A DNA stretch of 64,000 bases. It comes from Gordius albopunctatus (Eukaryota). A model generated the notes under the pieces. That model was not told where the DNA came from. It worked only from the letters and a program-made list of their open reading frames with translations, and ran no database searches. The stretch is taken from contig OZ193909.1 of assembly GCA_964276515.1 (NCBI GenBank), forward strand, positions 19,592,001 to 19,656,000. Reading direction: 5' to 3'. Below, in pieces: positions 53,401-64,000 of this stretch. Every line of letters starts with the position of its first letter. Position 1 is the first letter of the stretch. The position numbers were made by a program, and so were the translations under genes.

Positions 53401-56400
53401 CAAATCGCAAGGGCCAAAATTAGCGGAGTAATCAGTAGTTGCGCATGCAGGTCTGTCGTCACACTGGTTCGAGCCACGAGCTGCATGAATATTTTTGAGA
53501 AATAAAATATAAATAATCACGGGCTTAGCCAAGGATCCAAAAATTTGTTTAAATTTCTAGATATTATGGGGCTAAAATTTCAGAGAAGATCATCATTTTG
53601 CCCCTCCCTGATGCTGGCTACGGCCATGTGAAAATGATGGATTTCTTAAAGTTAAAACATGAATTTGGTGATATTTTCTCGGCAAATCAATAGGACACTA
53701 ACGCCCAATCAATGTAAGAATTGGAAAATATTTTTTTTAAATAACGCTTATAATATATCGAGCTTGTATGCGGAAAATTCATAAACTGTTTGACACTCTT
53801 CAAAGCTATGTCAGAAACAATCATGACCCTAGCCAGGGGGCGGGAGAGAGGGGCGGCGACCCCCTATAAATGCAAAAAATCTTAGAGAAATTTAATATAT
53901 TTATGACCCAATTACCACCCCCCCCCCAAATCATATCCTGGCTATGTCCATGGAAAGTGCCAATTCAAGGGTGAGGCAGGCCCTCCGCTTTGTCTCAAAA
54001 TTTTCTCTCTATTTACAGTTTTAATTTATTAGTAATCTTTAAAAATTAGCTATGCAATAATATAATTATTCAACGTGCTCATTAGAGTTGTTATATTTCT
54101 AACTTTCTTCAACTCCGGCTACCATCTGCTCGAGTTTCTGCTCGGCCCCCGAGCATTTTTATATGCTACTGCTCCGCCTAGTGCACAGAACAGAGAGCGC
54201 ATATTGTGCTAACGCGCATATTAAGCAACTCAGTGTGCGTGCTCGCGTCTGGAGTTTGAAGAAAGTTAGCAATTTAACAACTCTAATGCTCATAAGGGGC
54301 TCGGGGGCGTAGTTGGTATAGGCGCTTTGTTTTAGCACAAGAGCTCGCGGGTTCAAATCCCGCTTTCGCCACTTTTTTTTAAAAAACATGTAAAATATCA
54401 CATCGTCAACATCAACCAAATATCTAAAGAAGCTGACCCCACTTTAGTGTGGCAAGCAGCTATTTCAAAAATTACGCTATAAAGCTCGTTTTGTAGTATC
54501 CTAAAAACGTCAAAGTCGTTAAAAAAATGTCACTTTTTATCACAAATTTCCAAGTTTTTGCCATCTCTAAATATAGGAAAATATTGATGATATAAGTAAT
54601 AATAGCGACGGCACCTGAATATTGGTTAGCCGGGCAGGGTTTGCACGTGGGGGAACCTGGCTTTGGGGCGAAATAATCTTTTCCACATGGCATGCAATCT
54701 CGAGATCCGTTATCGCTACTGTGACCTGCGGGACACGGACTACACTCAGATGTATAAGCGATGCCTTACAAATTAGACAAAAACAAATATAATAATAATT
54801 TTGTTTAAAAATGCATAAAAATTATTAATATAATTTTCCCTAAAAGACTCTTGGAAATATTAATTTCTTAGAAATTTTGTAGGAAAACTGAAATTTATTA
54901 AATCACTAGTTATGTTAACATTCATCCCGTATTAAATAAATTTTACTTTTGAATAGAAGATATATATGTCTTAGAATATAATAATGAAATTTTTAAAAAT
55001 CAACATGGGAGAATCCATTTGGTATTATCTACATAACCAGCCATACAATAAAATAATACAGATAATTGCTTAAATCGAATTTAATATTAAATCCCAGGTA
55101 TTAAATTGTAACGTTCAAATGTTCTTAAATTAATCAAATTGCCCAAAAAATAATTGAGGGGAGGGGGGGGAGCTGCCCCCCCCCAAGGTCTCTAGCATTA
55201 CCTATGAAATCTATTATCTGTACAAAAAATAAATTTTATTGCATTTTATTTCAAAACCTAACTTCGAGGTGTTCATTTAAAAAGTAAAAAGCTTAGAAGA
55301 GCTAACTAAGCAAAGATCTTTCCCATAGCCATGATATATATTAAGAAGGGCATATGCTAACGAGAGAGACGAATGATCTAAATCTCGAAAAGTACTCTGG
55401 ACATGGAGGTACCGGGGGTAAGAGAGAGGACGACCTCGTGTCGCGTGGAAATAGTAAGCCTAAAGAGTTATGAAACCACAGAAAATATTGATCAAGACAG
55501 GGCCCCTTTACCAACCCCGTTAAGATGGAAGAAACTCATCGAAACAAACCCCACAACCGTGGGATCAAATGCTTGATAAAGAGAAGAAGACGTGTAAACA
55601 TAAAATTGGGACCGATTTTAGGCTTCAACAGCCTTAAAAATACAAGGACGTTTGGGTACCTTCGACTTCGATTTGTCGGATCAGGACTGCTTGAGAGATG
55701 CTCGTAAGGTCGGCTAGACCTGCGGCTCGCCATATTATGGTATTGTCTCCGGTTTTAAGAGCCACCTTATGAAGTTAAAATTAAAATATGTATACTCATG
55801 GGCGTAACCAGGGGGGGGGCAGGGAAGAGCGGCTGCCCCACTCTAAATCAAAAAATTTATTACAATTTATTGAAATTATGACTAAAATTTCGAAAAAGGA
55901 TGCATTTGGCCATCCCTAAATCATTATTACCCCCCCTAATCCCAATGCTGGCTAGGCCCCTGTATATATTAACTTTTTCGGTAAACTTTCTTTATTTAGC
56001 AGGGTTGGGGGAGTTAAAATTATTTTACAAAATATATATATATATATATATTAAAATAGTTTGAAAACACGTTGGAAAAGTGTCTTTGTCAATTACAAAT
56101 TTAGATGAAACCTCGAGATTTTCTTTCAATTCAATAAATATACGAAATTTGGAAAAATCCTAAATTGTCCATGCCCCTCTAATATTCGTTTCCCAAGTAA
56201 GGCTTACCAACCAGATATTAAAATTATAATTCCATTTCGGCGGCCATCTTAAAATGTACAGGGGAAAAGTGTGCAAAATGAAATTTTTTCTGCCCGGGCC
56301 CGACTTCTCAATTTTTATTTTACCCGAGCCCGGCCCGACCCGATTTTTTGAATAAAATTTTTTAGAAATATATTTTTGAAAATTATTTCAGCATCTTAAT

Positions 56401-58587
56401 ATAAAATGCCATGGGCATCGCCAGGTTTTGAAAAAGGGGCTTACCTATCCAAATATTTTTCCTGAGAGCAAAAAAAGGTCTCAATGCATTTTAAAAATGC
56501 ATTAGATTGTTATTACCCGTATTTACAACTAGGATAAGTTTGAAATAAAAAATTTTTCACTCGTTATAATTTATTGGGGTAATCATTTAAAGCTAAAAAT
56601 TCAACTTTATAACATATATTTTTACGGTTCAAACAAAAAAAGTAACCTTTTGAAATATTTCCTTATCTTATTTCCAAAGTTGTAACAGCTACCATAAATC
56701 TATTTAAATACTAGAATAAGATTTGCAATTCAGGTCAGTTATATTATATAATAGACAAGGGAAAAAGGTAAAGTTTGGAAGCTATATAATAATGTATGGT
56801 GTGCGAAAAATAATTATTTAATATCGAATTTTATTTAAATCCTATTTAATAAGAGATTAATTTGTTTTGGTTCAATTCGGGCCGGGTCCGATTATATTAT
56901 AAAATTTTGCCCCGGGCCGGGCTTCGGGCGGCCCGTGCAGGGCTGTATATATGAAACATAAAAAAGTCTAACTCGTTCATCTCTCCATTCTCCTTGCTCC
57001 GTTATTTCTAACCAACGCGTTCTATGACTAGATGTTCCTGGGACGTTTTCGCAACGATCGTTAATAACCTAGTAAAAAGCCGGACAAAAATTATTTATTT
57101 CCCAAAGGAAAAAGCCAAAAAAATCTATAAAATTTATAAAAAAAGTGCTTTAAAATTGAATGGAACCTACTATAAAATTGAAGAAGGTATCGGCATTGCT
57201 ATACTGATAACTAAAGGTAAGGCTTCCAGATTTAACCAATTTAACGGTATAATACAGGGACGCGACGCATAAATTTGGGAGGGAAGATATATAACTACCC
57301 GAAGCTTTCCAAATCGACCTAAAAATACACGAATCGAGAAAAATGATATTTAATTTACAAAAATAATGCAAAATTATAAACAATTTAAGATAAGGACTAG
57401 TTAATTTATGCATAGAATACGAGGCATGCATTAAAGAGTGCAGGTGCGTGTGTCTGTACACCGGAAGACAATCGATTTTTATTCTTATATAAACATAGAC
57501 TAGACGCTCATCAACTCTAAATAGGTGTAAACCGCCATTTTGAAATGTCCACAAAAAAGGGAGGACTCATTTAAGTGATAAGTGTCTTTAATTAAGAAAA
57601 AAATTTGAATTAGTCCAACATTAAAAACAGCATTTTAAAATATATGACATTTACAAAATTCATAAATATAAAAATACTGTGATTGATGATAAAGCAATTG
57701 ATTGGCATATGTATTTATTAATGAATCATTTATTGAAATTTTTTATTTATTAACTAAGGAGGAAGGTAAATTCACATTTTCAAACAAATTTTAAAAGCAA
57801 ACTGTTTGCGCTTAATTTAAGAAATTTAAAGTGTTCTAGGTTGGATTGATGGGAATATAATAATAAATTCAAACATTTGGTCCAATATTGATTAAAAAAC
57901 AATAATATTATTAATATGCACATTTTCAAAGATGATATAGCAGATATATATAAGTTTATGATTTTTATTGAAACATTGAAGCAAAAAGAATTATTATGTT
58001 ACCACTTTGTGAAATTTTTAAAGAAAATAAATAAAACTTACTTTGAGCAATTATATTTGAGAAATTCAGATACTTCATCTTCATGATCTTCAAGTTTTTC
58101 ACTGATGGCTTTAAAGCCTTGTGGGAATGTTTCCCATTGATCATATCTTATACCACCGCCTAAAGAATAAGTTCCAGCAGAACATGGATGACATTCTTGA
58201 TCAGATTGTAAATCCAAAAAATAACCAGGTGGACAGGAAAACACTGAGAAATTTTATAAGAGAGTTTATATAGAAAAAGAATTACATAAACTATTCTATA
58301 TATTTTATAAAGATTCTACTTACTACAATCTTTTCCTCTTTCAGGTGGTTTTGGTTCTCCACCAACACAAGTGCCCGGAGTAGGAACTGAAACTCTCCAC
58401 CTTCCACCATAACTATCACATTCAGTAAATTCATAGTGAAAATCATTCTATTTTCTTAAAAATTTAACATCTATATTCTTACTGGTTGACAAATAGGCAA
58501 TTTATTTTGATAAGATTTAATAAAACAATATAGGATAGTAATAAAAACTTTTAACATGTTAAATTTTGTGGAACAAAATTTAGCCAT
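44454..58587 (-). CDS. ELAPOR: ELAPOR/KIAA1324 (UPF0577) family type-I membrane protein, about 20 or more exons
   Basis: Signal peptide; CQP|NDFHYEFTECDSYGGRWRVSVP, FSCPPGYFL..C..GTYSLGGGIRYDQW, GIAYTSECSPC, GTCDGCNFQFLWKTPYACP; TM exon near 46400; LEYKYMALV..DSCAIVEGEDEDD tail; TGA at 44456-44454. 5' and terminal junctions were checked for phase; not all internal ones were. Confidence 0.92.
49630..50003. mobile_element. Intronic MITE
   Basis: Inverted ends GTGTACC..TCCGCCATTTTGAA / TTCAAAATGGCGGA..GGTACAC; related partial copy at ~57523-57780. Confidence 0.6.
50789..50953. mobile_element. Intronic MITE (possibly Tc1/mariner type)
   Basis: Inverted ends TACGCTAGGATAAAA / TTTTATCCTAGCGTA. 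Confidence 0.6.
52692..52897. mobile_element. hAT MITE inserted into another MITE
   Basis: TIR TA(T/G)AGTTGTTAAATTGC; 8-bp TSD GGCGTAGC duplicates part of the host MITE end. Confidence 0.85.
54083..54285. mobile_element. Second, inverted copy of the same hAT MITE
   Basis: TIR TAGAGTTGTTA; TSD GTGCTCAT/ATGCTCAT; reverse complement of 52692-52897. Confidence 0.85.
54298..54371 (+). pseudogene. tRNA pseudogene or tRNA-derived SINE head
   Basis: A-box GGCGTAGTTGG; T-arm GCGGG-TTCAAAT-CCCGC; T8 run just downstream; acceptor stem mismatched and anticodon loop only 6 nt. Confidence 0.6.
55340..55589 (+). mobile_element. RTE 3'-end fragment in an ELAPOR intron
   Basis: Similar to 16440-16681 (GGGCATAT...AGAGGACGACC...ATAAAGAGAAGAAG). 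Confidence 0.75.
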
Positions 58588-58640
58588 ATGTTTATTACGA
58601 ATGTCTGTAACAAAAAACAGCTGTTGCAAACCTTTCAATT

Positions 58641-58843
58641 TAGTGTTGTAAAAACGGCTGGATTTTGTTTGGTCGACCTTTGGTTTTAGTCAAATTAACA
58701 TACACCGACCAGAGGTTTCTTTGTTTTTTTTATTATTCGACATCTAAACTTAGTCGAAATTTGAAAAATAGACCAGAAGCAACCATAAGTCTTAGTAAAA
58801 CCAAAGGTCGGCCAAACACAACCCGGCCGTTTTTGCAACACTA
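58641..58843. mobile_element. MITE starting 54 bp upstream of the ELAPOR start codon
   Basis: TIR TAGTGTTGTAAAAACGGC / GCCGTTTTTGCAACACTA; related ends at ~24043, 48274, 48943 and 51153. Confidence 0.75.
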
Positions 58844-59464
58844 CTTTTCATTCAAACCAGGCCCTATAAAAAAGAGTTCAGGAAATAATCCTATATTTAT
58901 ATAACAATTGTTATTAAATATCGCAAATTTAAGTAGTTAGTTTGAAAGCAAATAATTCATGAATGATAAACATATCAGGAAAGTCTGTAGTAACCCCTAC
59001 TGCTTAATTGATTGCTCGCGGCATGTTAAACTACGTTCACTTCAAAACTTTAATTGACTCAATTATATTATCTTATATAACTCGCAGCCAGTGGCGTAAA
59101 TACGGGAGGGGGGGGGGGGGGTCGGGAAATTCCCCCCCCCCCCGAAATTTCTTATGGAAAAAAATATTTTAGTTCTAATGTTTATATTTTATAGTTTTGC
59201 AACGTAACTGACCAAGTAAAACACTTATTAATTGCTATGCAATGCAATTTTTATACTTTTTTTATTTTTGAATCAAATTTTGACAAAAAGACTATTAACT
59301 ATTATTGTTGTTTTCCTTTTGCGATATGAAAAGTAACCTTATATACAATTTTTTTCCCATCAAATCCTCCGACCCTTGCCCTTCCACATCTAGTAATTTG
59401 TTATAATATTAAATTGCATAAATTTTTTAATAAACGATATCAATATAATGCTTTTTTTCATTAC

Positions 59465-60960
59465 TACAGTTAACTTATATATATGGCGTTGTCTCAGACG
59501 TGAGAAGAACTTCGTCCATAGAATCCCTTGGACACCCTATCAGGTTATAAAATATTGGAATCTTTACCCAACATCACAACTCTTCTTTACCTATTAGCTT
59601 GTCTTCCTATCACTACATGCACCAATGAAAGAAGTTTCTCAACGTTGTGGAGGTTTATGACGTATATAAGAAATACTATGTCGAAAAATAGATTAAATGG
59701 ATTGGCCCTTTTAGCGATTTATCGGGAATTAGCTCCCACTCCAGATGAAGTACTTGAGATATTTTGACTGGGAAAAAGAAAATATAAAATTATTTTATAA
59801 TGACTTTCTTTATTTAATTTTAATGTTGAAATAAAAATGCTATAAAAAGGGGCCAATCCATTTCATCTTTTTTTGACATAGTATTTCTTATATACAAAAA
59901 AGAGTTGTGATGTTGGGCAAAGATTACAATATTTTATAATCTGATAGGGTGTCCAAGAGATTCTTTGGACGAAATCCTTCTATAATTTATTTTAATTCGC
60001 GTTTCTGGCAAAACAAGCAAAGAATTCTGAGGAAATATTATTTGGAAATTTGCCAAAACTTGTTTCTTGTTCAAAAACCGTTCATTTTTTTGCATATCGA
60101 GGTTTCTTAAGTTCCAAATCATACAACTTATCCTTAGGTTCGACTATTATTACTAAAGTTTCTGCTAACTGTCTGACTTGCTGAAGATCTAGGTCCTTTT
60201 TTGCAATTGCTTGCATAATATATTCAGATTGTCGTAGAGAAGTGAGCAAAGTTGCATACTTCATGACGTTTGGAATATTTAAAGAAATCATATACTTTGA
60301 AAACAATACCTATTTTAAAAATTGTATTCCTATTATAATATATATTACATACCCATGCGATTCCGTATAGTAGGAAGGGTACAGGCATTTGAAAGTGCCA
60401 AATTTAATGAATTTGAAGCGCAATGTACATACAATACCGTTGGGGATCCACTTATATTTTAGACCCCATCATATCCCTGGCCTCTTAAAAAATTTATATG
60501 CTCTTTATAATTATGTCGCTTAGCCCTCTTCCAGTCGTATCACAAACTGTAAAAAATCTTCTTTTATTGTGAATGTAGAAGAGTCAATATATCAAGCACA
60601 GCAATTAGGTCATTACAAATTGATATAACCTCATTTTGAAAGTAAGGACTTAAGTAGTAGCACGATACCTTAAAAGAGCTAGCATACTGCTTCGCGACGT
60701 TAATTGACCTAATTGTAGTATCACATATAGCTCGCAGATACACCACTAAATTTTAATTGACTTAATGTATTATTTCGATTAGTTTCGCGATTATATAAAG
60801 ATTTGTTAATCACTTACGAACTCTTTTCTTTTCCCTCACTTTATTATTTACCTTCAATAAAGAGTAGCCTCTTCCATTAAGTCCATCAGAGAATGTGAGT
60901 TATGATGCGACGCATTTGAAAGATGTTTGTATTTTAGACATTAAGTCATTAAACAAAATT
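59465..60960. pseudogene. Two decayed hAT (ZMYM1/PRKRIR-like) transposase remnants in opposite orientation
   Basis: Plus strand LPITTCTNERSFSTL...RLNGLALL (59528-59767); minus strand YLSPYFQNEVISIC, RGQGYDG-like; candidate TIR CAGTGGCGTA at 59089. Confidence 0.7.
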
Positions 60961-61008
60961 CATGATTTCTTTTATAGATATATTTGAGAACTTAGTATAG
61001 CTCTGTGT

Positions 61009-62070
61009 TAGAGAACTGCACGGGTGACCTGAGACCCGACCCGGAGGTCGGGTCGGGTTCTGGTAAAAAAATTTTTAAATGCTTTCGGGTCGGGTCAAAT
61101 TTTTAGAGTCGGGTCCAAGTTTATACATTGTAAAAAACACGCGAGACCTATTTTTTTCTAACAAAAAATATAATATAAATTGTATATATAAATCATATAT
61201 TTTATATATATATAAATAAGAATACTATTTTGCAACTTTTATGACTTTTTGCCAGCTGTCCATTTCGCCAGGGGGCTGGATTTCCTCTTTTTTTAAACTT
61301 TAAAACACCGAACTCTGAAGTGCTAACTAATTCTCACCACTAATTCAAACTACATAAATTACTCCTGTTTTTAATTTGACTATTAAAAGGTAAATTATTT
61401 CAATAAAGTTATATTTTAAATTTTTTTAGTGCTAATCGTGAAGATTTAGCTACTCCTCATCATTAATTTAAATTAAATTTAATACATATTTAAGGATAAC
61501 TTAAAAGTAAGTTATAATTTTAATTAATATGGTATGATAACTTGTTTATTTATAAAATATTTTAAATCATGTGGATGTGAGATATTTTACCCTAAGACAA
61601 TATATCATAACAATGATTTGATATTAAATAGTTGCCTCTAAAATCTATAACACATGAGTATTTAACTTAATATTAGATAGTATAAATTAGTAAATATATA
61701 TTAGTTTGTTATATAATTATATAAGTCCGGGTATGTTATTAATATTTATTAATTAGACTTATATAATTTTAGTCTTGCAAATCGTTTGAAAAATTCTGTG
61801 CAGGGGTATGTTGAGACCCGGTGGAATAGTCGGCTAAAGATGTTAGAATCCGTTCTAAATAATTATCAAGAGATCGAACATCTGTTGATGGACATGGGGG
61901 AGTTTCACAGCAAGAAAATCTTATTTGTCGATTTAATTTTACACCACAAATTTCGCGCTCAAAAGTAATTTGTTTTAATAATTTTTCGGTTCGGGTCGGG
62001 TCCGGGTAGAAAATTTGAAAATGTTTTCGGGTGGGGTTCGGGTTGAAAAAAGGGACTTTGCAGTTCTCTA
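61009..62070 (+). mobile_element. Internally deleted hAT related to 19166-22239
   Basis: TIR TAGAGAACTGCA; TSD CTCTGTGT (61001-61008 / 62071-62078); remnant GYVETRWNSRLKMLESVL; (CGGGT)n arrays. Confidence 0.93.
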
Positions 62071-63589
62071 CTCTGTGTTCTGTCGATTCAAAATACCCTA
62101 ATTTCAATAACTTATAAATATGGTAGATTCTCGTCTATTTACTCGAATGGCAAAGTTTTTTATGGCTGGTACTAAATTTGTGGCTTGGAGAGTATTATTA
62201 TAGTGAGGAATGAGTAGGTTCGGTTTGAATAAAGGTGTTAGTTCTCTAAGGTACGAAAGGCACAAATTTGGAATTAAATTTCGTGAAACCAGGTTATCAA
62301 ACCTTCAAATTGTCCGAACTGTTTATTGCCACAAATATAAAGCTTTGAATAAGAGTATTGCGCTTTCAATTTTTACCTAAACTGTGAATGAAACAAACGA
62401 TATATACCTATCACTCAAAACAAAGTAGCTAAAGACTTGATTGAATTAAAGTTTGGGTCATAGAAAAACTGTGCATTGATAAGCAAGAATATAAAATTCA
62501 GAGATCTTTCAAAGAGGCAAATAAATGATATATATTCAAGCAATAAAATAGAAATTCTATAAAGCTAAGTGCGCTATTAATTACAAGACGCTAGACATTA
62601 TTTATACAGAAACACATAGGAATAGTGTTTATATTATCCTTCGAGTGAGTCCAAAGTTCCGTCTATTTAAAAATATCTATGATAAAATTATGTCCAATAG
62701 CTGCGTTTGTACAGAAAATTTAATTTAAAATGGGCTATTACACACAGAAATTTTAAAAAAAATAAACAAAGTTTGTTATCAAATAGCTCTTTAAGTTTGG
62801 TATGTAGTTTATGCGCGGACCGTGGCAAATATCGGAAGGGCAAAGAATCTAATTATTGTGAAACTGAAATCTGTTTTAGAAAATTGTTATATATAAAAGT
62901 GCGATAAATAATATAAATCAAGACTGTTCACAAGGATAATAGCCATAGTGGAAAGCAAGCCTAAAAAGAAGACCAGCAAAAATTGGTGTTTCGATATTCT
63001 CATCGTGTTGGTATAAGTTATAAAATACCTTAACCTAAAACCGTATAGGTTAGGCCTGGGTTATATAACTACCTAACGCTTTTTCAAAATTCAAACCAAA
63101 AATACGGATCTAGATTTAAACTATTTCAAAATTGTCGTATACGAAGTTAAATTTGTATTGATACATATTATATTAACCATATGTTTTAACTCTTATTCTC
63201 TTTTGTTCTTTAGAATGTAAATTTATTTATGTCTACACAATCTCCTTTTCCTGGCCCTGCTATTTAATGCGTAGTATACCTCTATCCCCCCACGCGCATA
63301 TACGTGTTTGTTATTTCTATCAACACGCATCAGTGATTTTGATATACGCCTGTTATCGTATTGATAATTTTTATATCGATAATTTATATTATATTTTTCT
63401 TGTTAGTTTTTAGTATAATAAAATATGTAGTGAAAACTATTAAGGTATAATTTCGTGCAGGCGGTGGAGGATGGTAACCTTTATCCACCGCCCTGCCATC
63501 TCCCAATAAATTAAAATCCCACTATATTCCTGATGATTATCCTCCCTTCAAATCATTTTTTAATTCGTATTCTTAGGACGTTTAATTTG

Positions 63590-63900
63590 ACATCTTAGGA
63601 ATATGAAATTGGTGTCAGAAAATTTACTCAAACCAGAAGGAATATTAAAGGGATTTGGTCTAAATGTCGGTGTGCATCTAGGATCGGCACTAAATCCATT
63701 GCTATTCATCATAACTATGATGGATTGGATAACTAAGTACTTCAAATGCGAATTACCTTGGGCAATACTCTTTGCGGATGATATAGTGCTCTGTGCAGCC
63801 TAAAATGTGGAATAGGAAGAAAACAGAGTTATTAGGGTCAATCGAGATAAAATTGAATATGCTTGGAATTTGGAAATGAATACGAAGAAACACAACTGTA
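63590..63900 (+). mobile_element. Old RTE reverse-transcriptase fragment
   Basis: VGVHLGSALNPLLF...PWAILFADDIVLC. Confidence 0.75.
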
Positions 63901-64000
63901 AATCGCTGACTACTTTAAGGAGCTGACCACTAAGTGTGATAAAAAGCTATTGAAAAAAGAAGTCCATGGGGAGATCGCTTTTTAATTGAGAGATAATACA

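Noticed and set aside
63457..63497. GC-rich hairpin as a terminator or Helitron end
   Set aside because: No U-tract and no downstream CTRR; function unsupported.

Overview
AT-rich animal nuclear DNA. The coding palindromes in its mitochondrial insertion suggest a horsehair worm (Nematomorpha); this is inferred, not searched. The window opens with a ~3.5 kb NUMT (cob-trnS2-trnE-trnL1-rrnL-trnV-rrnS-trnC-trnI-nad1). Its nad1 carries coding palindromes, where both DNA strands encode different conserved parts of the same protein, and both NUMT ends appear to fall at palindrome tips. Three spliced host genes lie on the minus strand: MRPS33, POLR2H/RPB8 and a ~14 kb ELAPOR/KIAA1324-family gene. The rest is densely nested transposons: a full-length RTE LINE starting exactly at the cleavage site of a twister-ribozyme motif, further RTE copies, five CRE-like RLE retroelements, hAT elements and MITEs with 8-bp TSDs, a Helitron, an apparently open P-element transposase split by 12 mostly 32-40 nt introns, and a ~4.3 kb foldback built of tRNA-like modules. 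All calls come from reading the sequence by eye; no database searches were run.
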